NCBI RefSeq assembly: GCF_006345805.1
Contig: NC_043005.1
Location: 68,572,001 to 68,636,000 of the forward strand
Length of the DNA: 64,000 nt
Origin: Octopus sinensis
Taxonomy: Eukaryota
Direction of reading: 5' to 3'
Shown here: positions 50,727 to 63,100 of the stretch, one piece after another
Layout of the letters: each line of letters opens with the position of its first letter
Position numbering within the stretch: position 1 is the stretch's first letter
Translations under genes and position numbers: made by a program
Notes under the pieces: model-generated
Seen by the model: only the letters and a program-made list of their open reading frames with translations
Database searches by the model: none
Told to the model about the DNA's origin: nothing

Positions 50727-51765
50727 ATTTTAAATCTCTGAACGAGAAATATGTAGCAACATTACCGTACAATAAAATCTATTTACCAACACTATCTGGC
50801 GGTCCTATGCAGGATAATGTTACTACGTTTTAGCCGCAGCAAAACATCGTTTCCATCTGGTTACCGCATATGGTTTGTGTCCATTTACTGCGAGCAAGGA
50901 AGTTTATTGCTCCCTTTCTAGCCTTAGCGATACATTTATATCAACGATTTTTAGGTTATTTCCCTTCCTCGGTACAGGACAATCGTAGAAATTTTAAAGC
51001 AATATTCAGTACACTATTTAAAGTTTAGGTTGTTTTTTCTAATATATTTTCCGGAGAAATGCATGCAAATATCATAGTCTAATCTCCTACATAATTGAAT
51101 TATGCACTTTCAGAATAACGCATTTTTAATACTGTATGTTTGTAATGTATGCGTTAGAATGAGGAAGATGTAACACTTTGAAGAAATATACTTAAACCGA
51201 GAATATATATCAGTGGTCATGTGCCTTCTGGAAATGTATATAATTATTGGTAAATTATATTTGAAAACAGTGTTGATGAAATAGAATTGAATGAAGACTT
51301 AAAAGTTTTAATGAAATATCAAACAGTCAGCTCTTTGCACGACGCGAAGAAATCATATACACAAGATTTAAATGAAACTGCAAATGCAATAAAATTTTGC
51401 AGAAATGTTCAGAAGCAAAAAAATAAAAAAGAAAAGAAAAACACCAAATCAAAAATTAGGCAGCTTTATTTTTTCTAGATTATAAGCAACAGATTTCTAC
51501 GTGAAATCATATAATTTGTTCGAGAAATTGCTTACGTTGTAAAATGATATTTGCAGAATAAAACTGCACACACAAAAATCACACACACACACACCTACAC
51601 ATGTATCTTCATAACGAGTGACCATATATAGGTGTATATAATGATCAAAACATACATACATTTGATACAATTTCTTTCTTTCAATTTCATGATACAACGG
51701 GGCCTTAGAAACAGATAGTTCTCTCAGTACGTGGTATCCTTTGGTTTGAAAACCAAGGATGGGTC

Positions 51766-51813
<48 letters not shown>

Positions 51814-51929
51814 GTGTGTGTGTGTGTGTGTATATATCTATATATAATATATATATATGTATATATAGATATGTGTGTCTGTGCGATAGATCGCTATCCA
51901 CTACACATTCTTTATTTTCTCTCCTTGTT

Positions 51930-52099
51930 TCTTTCTGTTTTCCTTTCTGTGAAAGTGCGTAGGGTCGAAACGTTAAATACTTTTTCACTTCCCAAACGCT
52001 ATACTAATACATGTGTTTGTTGTCTACACCACCTGTCTTCATCTTTTGTAATATTTTGTGAATTCTCCCCCTATATATATATATATAGCTCTCTCTCTC

Positions 52100-52149
<50 letters not shown>

Positions 52150-52790
52150 GTACTTGGATAATAAGAACGGAACGAAACGAACGAATCGAATCGCGAAACT
52201 CCTTATCTCTTTGCTTTACCATTCCTACTCTCTCTCTCTCTCTCACTCCTCCTCTATCCTTCTCTCTCTCACTCCTCCTCATCTTTGTCACTGCCAGCCA
52301 AAACTACTTCCTTTTTACATGCGGCCTCCAAACTGTAAACACACTTTTTTCCCTTGCGCTCGCCAGAATCTTCGTCTAAGCCAGAAAAAGGCCTTTTTCG
52401 TTTGTTTTCTTGTTTATTTTTTATTTCTCGTATTGTATTTTCTTGTACATGTATTTTTATCTTGTATTTTATTTTGTATTTTTATTTGTATCGTTTTTAC
52501 GTCCCGTTTGTGTTACATTTTTTTTCTTTCTTTGTTTTTACCTCTCTGCGAAGTAATTTTATTTTAATTCTCTCGCAGGAAGGGCTAGTTTGACGAGTCG
52601 TGTTCTGTCCTACCTTCGAAACACGTTAAAGTTGAACTAGGGACAGCTGATGAAGGGGATTTTTCCTTGTGTAGTTTGTCTAGTACTCTGTTTTTTTGTT
52701 GTAAAAAATGGTTTGTTTCATGCTTGTTTTTCCGTTTTCGTTTCTCGTTGAGTTCTACGTCTAGTTGTGGTGTCCTGTACTCACGTATAT
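51930..52790 (+). mobile_element. Cluster of probable Penelope-type pseudo-LTR remnants with hammerhead-like relics
   Basis: tttctgtgaaagtgcgtagggtcgaaacgttaaa (51943-51980); gcaggaagggc...accttcgaaacacgt plus a downstream ctgatgaagggg (52575-52658). Confidence 0.4.
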
Positions 52791-52911
52791 ATATTTATAT
52801 ATGCATGTATATATACATGTAGATGTAGGTACGTACATATATGTATGTATGTATGCATATATTTTATTTATTACACTATATATATATATATATATAGGTA
52901 TATATATCTAT

Positions 52912-52947
<36 letters not shown>

Positions 52948-52950
52948 ACA

Positions 52951-52984
<34 letters not shown>

Positions 52985-53088
52985 ACACACACACACACAT
53001 ATATATATATTATATATGCATGTATATATACATGTAGATGTAGGTACGTACATATATGTATGTATGTATGCATATATTTTATTTATTA

Positions 53089-53127
<39 letters not shown>

Positions 53128-53151
53128 TATATATATCTATGTACACACACA

Positions 53152-53182
<31 letters not shown>

Positions 53183-53190
53183 CCACACAG

Positions 53191-53220
<30 letters not shown>
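52790..53220. repeat. Tandem duplication (period about 215 bp) of a composite microsatellite block
   Basis: atgcatgtatatatacatgtagatgtaggtacgtac... starts at 52801 and 53016. Confidence 0.9.
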
Positions 53221-53221
<1 letters not shown>

Positions 53222-53419
53222 TATGTCGCTTATTTCACGTGAGAGACTATTTATCGAATATTACGATGAATACTATCTCCAACTTCTCCAACTTTGGAGC
53301 CACAACTATCAGCCTTGTTAAATAACTGGTTAATATTCAGATGAATTAACTGAGGGAGTCTTTTATTTCCGATTGTTGTGATTTTCGACTGAAACTTGAA
53401 TTTATCATGTAGAGAGTTA

Positions 53420-53720
53420 ATACAAGCAACTTGGCTGGACACAATATCAAGAGCAACAATACAATCGAGGAGCAGACCAGAAACAACAGCTCAACAGGTA
53501 AATAAATTCTTTCTATAGTTATAGAAGAAACTAATTCATTTTGGAGTTATGAATTGAATAATGATCTATTTAACTGCTACGAAAAGGCGAAACAAAACCC
53601 TGCTGTTGGCTATATGAGTCAATTGAAATCATATTGGGACGATCTACATCCAGAATTGAATCATTTTACAACAAAGCAGCTACACCAACAGGCAACATTT
53701 GTAGAACATAGGAAGAAGGT
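53420..53720 (+). mobile_element. N-terminal (Myb-like) fragment of an R4/Dong-clade retrotransposon ORF
   Basis: FWSYELNNDLFNCYEKAKQNPAVGYMSQLKSYWDDLHPELNHFTTKQLHQQATFV matches the WxxExNxxLxxCY...GY...W...P...xLxxQ pattern of R4-clade N-termini (from recall). Confidence 0.7.
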
Positions 53721-53944
53721 TAGTAACTGTAGCTTTATTAAAAAACGAAAATTGACTTTCTTTCCAACTCTAAACAAAATTGAAAACGTGAATGATGCAA
53801 GGCCACCACGTGGTTTCGCAGCCAGCGATATCCCAACAGATTCCATAGTGCCTGCCAGCAAAACTACATTACTGGCTCAAGTAACTGACTACTGTCCCCT
53901 ACTACGACTATGGTAAATAGCAAGCCTAACCACAATGATTATTG

Positions 53945-53945
53945 T

Positions 53946-54021
<76 letters not shown>

Positions 54022-54022
54022 C
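53945..54022. repeat. (GCA)n(GTA)n compound microsatellite
   Basis: Seen directly. Confidence 0.97.
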
Positions 54023-54468
54023 TAACCATTTTTAGAAGTATATATACATTTCAGTGCTATACATACGCTTCGCATATGCATTCATGCTACAACGTGGATA
54101 ATCTTATGGTACAAATGAGAATTTTTAATATCCATCGATTACATGTGTGTAAACTGATGAAACAATATAGAGAATAAGGAGTGTGGTTACTTTTGTTCAT
54201 TCAACATTCACATATCTTCCAATGGTCATAACATTAAAAAAATTCGGTACATATATGCTTACCTATTTTTACCCGAGTTTTGTAACAAGGATATAAAGCA
54301 TAAATAAAATATATTTATGTTAAATGTGCGCAACTTTAAACTGTTGAAGATATTGCACTGTAACAATAATATCAACTTACCATTAGAGTGCTACTAATAC
54401 AATTTTATAAGGGAATTGTCCTGTAGTTAAGGGAAACCTGTATTTCTTCATCAATATCTAGAGTTATA

Positions 54469-54639
54469 GGCGGCGAGCTGGAAGAACCGTTAGCAAGTCG
54501 AGCGTCTGTCTTAACGTTCAGAGTTCAAATTTCGCCGAGGTCGACTTTGCCTTTCATCCTTTCCAGTTGCGTACTTGGTCGATCTAGTCGACTGGCTTCC
54601 TCCCCCAAAATTTAGGGCCTTGTACCTAGAGTAGAAAAG
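54469..54639 (+). mobile_element. SINE family A
   Basis: Family head and core; near-TSD atatctagagt/atatccagagt. Confidence 0.85.
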
Positions 54640-56479
54640 TATATCCAGAGTAGAAAGTTATGAGCACTATTCATTTTTATCAACTATATTAAGATCCTCT
54701 CACGCGTAGAAACCTCACTGAACACTACCATATTTAATCTTTGCTGCGCACAGTATTTTCGTCTAGACACTGTGTCGCTAGAAAGTGAATGCCAAATGTT
54801 CTCTACTTACTGAGGAGGTAAATCGAATGCATTAATTTAGAATTAGAAGAGGGGAAAGCTAGTATTTTGAACATATTAGTTGGAAATAGATCCATGTAGA
54901 ACATATTTACTGTACATTTTCATTACAACTCAATACATCACATCTGTATTATGACGATTTTCCTATTACAGTTCCAATTATCAGGGCATGTACTATATAT
55001 TTTAGTGTCACATGTATGTCTATAATAGTTTCATTAGTGTTAACGGGTGTCGTGTAAGTTATGAAAATCATAACGAACTCATTTTACCAATTGCTGAGTT
55101 GATGAGTGTCATGCTATTTGCGTATTTATAATTAACATTTATGTTGATATTATTAGAAGCAATATTTGTGTTGCACCAGGTGAATAATTTCTCATTAAGG
55201 GAGCAGAGTTTGATTCCATTACCGCCACATTATTAAGTTAAATTCCAGAAATATTTGGAAAGGTGTTATTAACGTTATTATTAATACGAAATGGGGATTT
55301 ATTACTAGTGTTTCATGAAACATAATCAAACCCTGTGTTAATTTCTGAGTAATTAGAAGCATTAATATTGGTTTCAATGTTTAGCACACGGCCAGCAATT
55401 TCATTGGAGGGCTAAGCCAACATCGTTAATCGCAATGTTTAGCTGGTATTTAGTTTATCTATTCTGAAACCAGCAAAGTCTATTTCGGTGGAATATGAAG
55501 TCAGAAAGTTAAGATAGACGAAAAGCCACCAAGTATTTTACTTGGAGTGCTAACAATTCTGGCAGTTAGAAGCAGTAGTATTATCAGCTCATTTTGTTTC
55601 TGTTTTTTTTTTTTTTTACAAAAATTAGTTGTACCTATATTTCAAAGGGCCAGCTTCATTTCTATGTATATATGTTATACTTTATTATAAGCAGTGCTTT
55701 TAAACCCTCATTATCGTACTCGTTTTTTTTTTGTCAGACGCGTTTTTCATTAGACGAGTTTGGGAACCAAATACATGTTCACAGTAATCTCTGTGAAGTC
55801 ATATTAATGTTGGTGGCATCTAATTGGTAAAAAAGACGTGAAAAATATCTCTGCAAAATTCGCAATACATGCTCTCGATTTTATCTTTTAACTGCTATAA
55901 TCGAAACAGAAGAATTAATTTGGTGGTGTCACCAGAGTTCGAAGATATCAGTATAATGTTGAAATTATCTTTGGTTATTTTCTGCTCCAGAGTTAGTATA
56001 AGGAGACTACTAATAATATTTACAAGGAATATAGCAGAATATTAAGAGTACAAGGAAAAGAAATGTAAGTTAAAGCTTACACAACTAAAGCATTTTTTGA
56101 AATACTACAATACCAATTTTGAACTCAACATATATATATATCTATGGTGTTAACGTTTTGATACCCGTACGTTTACGTTATCATATGGTTATCACTTTGC
56201 AAATTTTTAGTATGAAATACCAGTAGTTTTAGAAGGAGGAGTTTAGTCAATTATATCATATCTCTGCTCAACTGGTTTTTGCTTAGCCGAACCCTAAAGT
56301 ATGAATATCAAAACTGACCTCGGTGGAATTTCTGCCGGAAGAAAAGTCGCGAATATTTCTATTACACACGCGAACGATTCTACCAAGTTAGTGCCTTATT
56401 TGTGACAGCAATAAGAATAGGGAATCAAATTTTGAACGTCGGCAGAATCTTCGTAACATCAACAAGTAAATAATCCCAG

Positions 56480-56520
56480 CAGTGGAAATATTGATGCTGC
56501 TTCTATCAATATTTCCACTG
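56480..56520. repeat. Perfect 16-bp inverted repeat with 9-nt loop
   Basis: cagtggaaatattgat-gctgcttct-atcaatatttccactg. Confidence 0.95.
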
Positions 56521-56929
56521 TGTACTTTATGATGTACTCAATTACGCTAGGTAATACTGTTAATAATGCAAGCCTAAAATGCAAAATATATTTTCTCTGC
56601 ATACCGAGGCATCATTTATGTTTTTAATGGAAAATTTTCCACGCTATTCTTGTACAATCGTTGGTTCCATGAAATGACTGATTTTATCTATAAATATGTC
56701 AGATCAATTACTCTACTGTAAACTATTTAACTAGAAAAAAATATCCGTAAACAGCTATCAGGATTGCAGTTAGAAACAGAAAGCAATATCACCACTTTAA
56801 AGTTAGTCTTTATATAAGCTATTACAGACATCGCTATTTTCTAATGTAACATAAAAATAATTTACTTTTTCCCATCAAAGCCTCCTCCGTTTCCTTCTAA
56901 ATCACTGAAATAGTTCGTACAAAGTATAT

Positions 56930-57100
56930 ATATTTTCCTGTTTTGGCAGAAGGCCAGTAAGTTTGAGAGGTGGGTACGTCGATTACATCAACTCCAGCGA
57001 TTGACTGGTACTTAACTAATCGACCCCGAAAAGATGAAAGGCGAAGTTTACCTCGGCGGAATTTGATTATGCGAATGATTCTGCTCGCTCGCTGGATTGT
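56930..57100 (-). mobile_element. SINE family A (degenerate)
   Basis: cgaccccgaaaagatgaaaggcgaagtttacctcggcggaatttga. Confidence 0.8.
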
Positions 57101-57497
57101 GCTCAGTAAATCAGTAAATATCAATAACAAGCTGTTATTAGGAAGAACTATATCACTTATATGTACCTATATCATCTATACTGTTCACTGAATCGTCAAT
57201 ATTTTGATTTGTATAAACCGTTTAGGAAACTAGACTCACAAACACACGCGCACACGCTCTCTCTTCTCTCTTTCTTCTTTACTTCTCCTTACACTCCCTC
57301 CCACACTCACACACTTGTTAGTTATGATAGAAATACATTAACCACCCTTAAAAATATCTCACACCATTTTAATTGTCTCTATTAAATACTTCAACTTAAT
57401 TATCACTTCCCTACTATTAAATTTTTCAATTGTTTAGCCATTATTATACTTTATCACGCTTCACCAAACACTAAATGCACAATGTTATATATCCTAT

Positions 57498-57545
<48 letters not shown>

Positions 57546-57698
57546 TAATGGAATCTAAATTCGTACATAACATAAATCATGCACCTGATTTGTTTTAGAT
57601 AATATTTTGTACTTCAAATATTTAAACTCAAGTCAACCCTCCACACAAATTCAATGCAAGTCATCTGTATACTGTACTGCAAAATTTTACAGAAAGAA

Positions 57699-58648
57699 GG
57701 AGTTGAGCTGACAGAATCGTTAGCACGCCGGGCGAAATGCTGAGCGGTATTTCGTCTGCCGTTACATTCTGAGTTCAAATTTCGCCGAGGTCGATTTTGC
57801 CTTTCATCCTTTCGGGGTCGATAAATTAAGTACCATTTACGCACTGGGGTCGATATCATCAACTTAATCCATTTGTCTGTCCTTGTTTGTCCTCTCTGTG
57901 TTTAGCCCTTGTGGGTAGTAAGAAATAGGTATTTCGTTTGCCGTTACGTTCTGAGTTCAAATTCCTCCGAGGTCGACTTTGCCCTTCACCCTTTCGGGGT
58001 CGATATATTAAGTACCAGTTACGCTCTGGGGTTGATGTATTCAATTAATCCGTTTGTCTCTCCTTGTTTGTCCTCTCTGTGTTTAGCCCCTTGAGAGTAG
58101 TAAAGAAATAGGTATTTTGTCTGCCGCTAGGTTCTGAGTTCAAATTCCGCCGAGGTCGACTTTGCCTTTCACCCTTTCGGGGTCGATATACTAAGTACCA
58201 GTTACGCACTGGATCGATATAATCGACTTAATCCGTTTGTCTCTCCTTGTTTGTCTTCTCTGTGTTTAGCCCCTTGTGGGTAGTAAAGAAATAGATATAG
58301 GTATCTCGTCTGCCGCTACGTTCTGAGTTCAAATTCCGCCGAGGTCGACTTTGCCTTTCATCCTTTCTGGGTCGATTAAATCAGTACCAGTTACGCACTG
58401 GGATCGATATAATCGACTTAATCTGTTTGCTTGCCCTTGTTTGTCCACTCTGTGTTTAGCACCTGTGGGTAGTAAAGAAATAGGTATTTCACCCTTTTTT
58501 ACGTTCAAAGTTACAAATTTCACCAGGGTCGAATTCGCCTTTCATCCTTTCGGTTTTGATAACAAAATCATCTGCTGAACCTTGGGGTCGATGTGATCGA
58601 CTTATCCTCTCTTCCGAAATTGCTGGGTTTGAGCCAAAATTTCAAACC
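57699..58648 (+). mobile_element. Five-unit tandem multimer of SINE family A
   Basis: Units begin ggtat at 57746, 57928, 58111, 58300 and 58483 (periods 182, 183, 189, 183); only unit 1 has the tRNA-like head. Confidence 0.95.
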
Positions 58649-60069
58649 AGTATTTTGCAAAAGCCAATGAAACACTTGTAGCGGACATTCAATTAAGACT
58701 AGAATCTGTGTGTTAGTCGTCCGTATATCACCAAAAAGAAATATGCAGTTATGCGGTATTTTCTGTAATTTCGGAATCCGAAACTATTCCGGGATACTTC
58801 TCTTCATACTAGATCTACTTAACTTTACATCCTCGAGTATTAAGTTAGATATCGGCTTATTAATAACATCTGAGGCCGTAGCACGCGTTATTGCCACACA
58901 TTTGCTAACTTACATGTTAACATTCTTAATGTTTTATATATATATATCTATATATATATCTATGTATATATATACACCCATATACATATATGGCTGTATA
59001 CGCATACACACTACTACATAAACTCAGTATGTGGGTGCATGTATTCATGTGTGTGTATATATATGCATATATATATATATGTATACATATATATGTGTGT
59101 ATGTATAAATATATAAATATATATACATATATATATACATATATACATACAGACATACATATCTATATATATACATACATACATACATATATATATATAT
59201 ATGTCATCTAATGACATTACAATTTATATATATGCAATCGATATTTACGTGGGAAGAAGTACTACAATGCGTGCGTGCGTGAATGTAATTCTCTGTGCGT
59301 GTATATATATATATGTAAATAGGTATGTGTATGGTTCAATGTGCGCGTGAGTGAACTTCTGTCTTTGTGCGTGCGTATACATATATATCACTCTAATTTG
59401 CCCCACTTATTTGATGTCGGTAAACTTTCTTTTCCATTGGAAATCTCCTGTTTCTGTTCTTGTCCTTTAATTTTTTTCTGCTCTTTTTTGTCCATTTCGT
59501 TCTTCATCTAAATACCTCATGTTGTTCATAAGCATATGTGAGCATGTGTATATATCTGTAGGTGCACCTATATGTTTGCGCGAGTGTATATTTGCGTATA
59601 CATTATGTGCATTGATATATGTATGTATATTGATATACATGTGTATAAATGTAGATATATCTATTGACAAATATCCGTATAGTTATTCATATCCCCACAC
59701 GTGTGCCAGAAGCGCAAACTTTATATAACTATATTATATTGTTTGCAATAATGCATATTCATGTACAAGCATTGCTAGATACATATGTGCCAGATGCATC
59801 TGTGTGTGAGTATGTATATGCTTATGTTCGTACATGTGGAAACAATTTCTTCTACGCCATTTTTGTTTTTTACACAATGTTTATGAAATTAAATTCTCAA
59901 AGTTTTTGACCATATTACCATGACGTGAAGCTCCAAGAATGTTCAATATATTTTGCTAAATATAGATTTTATATATAAAATGTAGTTAGTTTGTTAAGTG
60001 CATTGGCACGCAACTAAGATCGGGAGTCGAATGCTGTTTCTGATTACAATATACATTCATATGCTCTTA

Positions 60070-60485
60070 TACTTTTACTTGTCTCATGCATTTGACTGCG
60101 GCCACGCTGGAGAAACAACTCGAAGGTTTTTTTTAACTCGAACAAAGCGACCCTAGGAATTAGTTCTTAAGCGTGGTCCGTGTTCGTTCTTTGTCGAACC
60201 GCTAAGTTATGGGGACGTAAACACATCAACGCCGTTTGTCAAGCGGTAATGGCGGTAGAAAAAGAAACACACCGACAAACACGCATAGATACATACAAAA
60301 ATACACACACACAGTCACATATACGACGGACTTTCTTACGTCTCCGACTACCAAACCCACTCACAAGGATTTGGTTCAGTTGAGGACATAGAAGAAGATA
60401 CTTTCGTCAAAGTGCCATGCATGAGGACTAAACCTGGACTTATGTGGTTGAGAAGTAAGCTTCTTGCCACATGACCAAGCCTTTA
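60070..60485 (-). mobile_element. Degenerate SINE family B
   Basis: Reverse-complement match to the B consensus. Confidence 0.82.
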
Positions 60486-61357
60486 CCAATATATATGTGT
60501 GTCTGTGTGTCTGTGTGTGTGAAGATAAAATAACAGAAGTTTAAGAGTGAATTAATTTATATATTGACCAATTATATTAATGGCTGGACTTTGGTCAATT
60601 CCATTACGGACAACAGGTGGTTATAATATCAAAAAATATATTAATGTAATTATATTTTGGATAAATATTGATTAGTATTATTTACGAAATCTTAAGTAGT
60701 ATTATATTTTTCCAGACGTATTGGCGAATCCCGTTTAAGTAAACTACTTATTTGTTTAGTATTATCATTATTATTATTTATACATACTGTTTACCCTAAA
60801 GAAAGATTACCCACCAGTTAATTTTCCAGTTTACTCATTTCTCCAACAACTTGAAGAGTTACACTGCAGAATGGTATGATTCTAATATATTAAGCCTTTT
60901 TTCCTCATCTCGAGGCCCCGTTGTTTTCTCTTCTCTTCTTTCATTTTAAGTACTTTTCTTCGCTCCAATAAAGCTCCGTGTACCAGATCGGATGGTCTAT
61001 AGAATATGAGGAATATTATTCTCAGAATTTTCTTTGGCAGCGTTGACGGACACTGGAAGCAGAAATTGTTGTTTGCATTAAAAATAATAATCGATGGTTG
61101 TCAAATTGTTGCTTCGTCAAGAATTTTCTCCATTTTCTGCTTAATTCAAATGTGATTCCTGATAAACGCTTGGTTATTTTGTTGTTGCCTGTATCTTCTG
61201 AAACATACTATACTTGCATATGGATGCCCATGCTTAGCACAGGTAATTTATACCGGTAGTTAAACGGATATTCTTAACCCTTAGACGGTTATTCCAACCG
61301 CTAACTTCACTAACCTAAACACACACACACCACACACACACACACATATATATATAT

Positions 61358-61523
61358 ATGTGACTATGTGGTAAGAAGCTTGCTTCTCAACCACATAGTT
61401 CCGGATTCAGTCCCACAGCGTGGCAGCTTGGTCAAGTGTCTTCTGCTATAACCTCGGGCCGTCCAAAGTTTTATGAGTGAATTTGGTAGCCGGAAACTGA
61501 AAGAATATCGTTGTATATATGTG

Positions 61524-61573
<50 letters not shown>

Positions 61574-61600
61574 TGTGTGTGTGTGTGTATGTATGTTTGT
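61358..61600 (+). mobile_element. SINE family B, 5' part ending in its internal (TA)n(TG)n
   Basis: gtgactatgtggtaagaagcttgcttctcaaccacatagttccggattcagtcccac... Confidence 0.85.
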
Positions 61601-61849
61601 GTCTGTGCGTAGGAGGATAGATAAAGAGATAGATACCTTCCTACCTACCTACATACATACATACATACATAACACACACATTTATATATACATATATATA
61701 TTTATATCTATATAGCTACATACACACAATTATGTACATATGCATATACACGTGGGTATTTACATAAATACATACATATATATATACATATGTATGTGTG
61801 TGTGTATGTATATAGACATCAATAGAGTTTAACGATTCAAATGCCTGAG

Positions 61850-62602
61850 TGCGATTTTGTTCTAATCCTAACTCATGGAAGATAGTTGTGTAGGGACTTG
61901 TTATATCAAAACTGACGAAGTCATTCTGTATATATTTAATAATTCTGGAATGTGGTTTAGCAAGTCCATATTATCTCCGATTAAAGTAGGGCCCAATTTG
62001 CATTCTGATTTTAATATGATGCCCAACAAAATTGCTTAATCGTCGGATGCTTGGAATTCATCCTTCCTAAATTGAGTTTGATTTTAAATCAGTTTGTCTG
62101 GGAGCCTCTGCATATTATGCATGGCGATCCTTTAATCTATCATAGATTTTTTTTAGTTTTATGAGACTTCAGTTGTCTATAAATTTTGCTCGTTTTTGCC
62201 TCCAAATTTGTTTGGTAATCCAACTCTTTTTCTGTTTATTAGCTTTTGATATTTTCCGTTAATTTAACAGTTTTGTACATTGCTTAGTTATCTGCATTGG
62301 AAAACCAAGTGTTGGTGGAAATATTGATTATCCAATTGTTCTAAATGCATTTCCTTGTAATGAGTCTTGTCCATTATTACAGTGGCTCCTCCTTTGTCAG
62401 TTTCTTTAATGACTATAGCGAATCTTTCTGTAGACATTGCTATGTTTTTTGTTCTTTATTTGCAATATTTGATCTTATACAATTAGCTGGAATGTTCAAT
62501 TTTATTGATGTTTTCAGAAACATTATATATTCCTCTAAGTGTTTATTCCTGTTCCTCGGAGGTTTTATCATGTACTATTTTATAATGTGATGGATCATCG
62601 TA

Positions 62603-62675
<73 letters not shown>

Positions 62676-63100
62676 TCCTTCCTTCTTTCTTTTTTTCTTT
62701 CTTTCTCTCTCTCTCTCTTTCTTTCTTTCTGTTTTCTTGAAGAATTTCTTTAGGCGAATTATTCAACAACATTTCTAAGTATGTTTTATATGATTAGCTG
62801 TGTCAGGTTTTGAAGCTCGTGTGAAATTAATTCCATATTCTAAAAAAAAATATCTTTTTCGTCTTCACAAATATGTTGCTGTTTTAAATTTAGTAGTTTT
62901 GGATCAATTCTTTAACTTCATCCCTGAATTGGTGTATCGCGAATGATTGCAACTTATTGTACTCTGCTAAAATCACTAAATAAATCTAAAGAGTTTTTTT
63001 TCTTTAACTAGAATAAGGGATGTATCTATCGTTTATTCACTGTCGGAGTTTTGGTGTATATATGCCGTGTAGGAGTTTGCTTTCACTGAGTCTCTAGGAC
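61850..63100 (-). mobile_element. Penelope-like element, N-terminus and RT remnant, interrupted by (TTTC)n at 62606-62700
   Basis: EYGINFTRASK, IVIKETDKGGATVIMDKTHYKEM, TEKELDYQTNLEAKTSKIY, RRLSNFV, DNMDLLNHIPE and FVSFDITSPYTTIFHELGLE. Confidence 0.88.

Noticed and set aside
57699-58648. CRISPR-like regular array
   Set aside because: Whole units of about 183 bp repeat with no unique spacers, they are SINE-derived, and there are no cas genes in this eukaryotic context.
60800-61230. Possible further R4 or PLE coding remnant on the minus strand
   Set aside because: Purine-rich but too degenerate to match a motif confidently.
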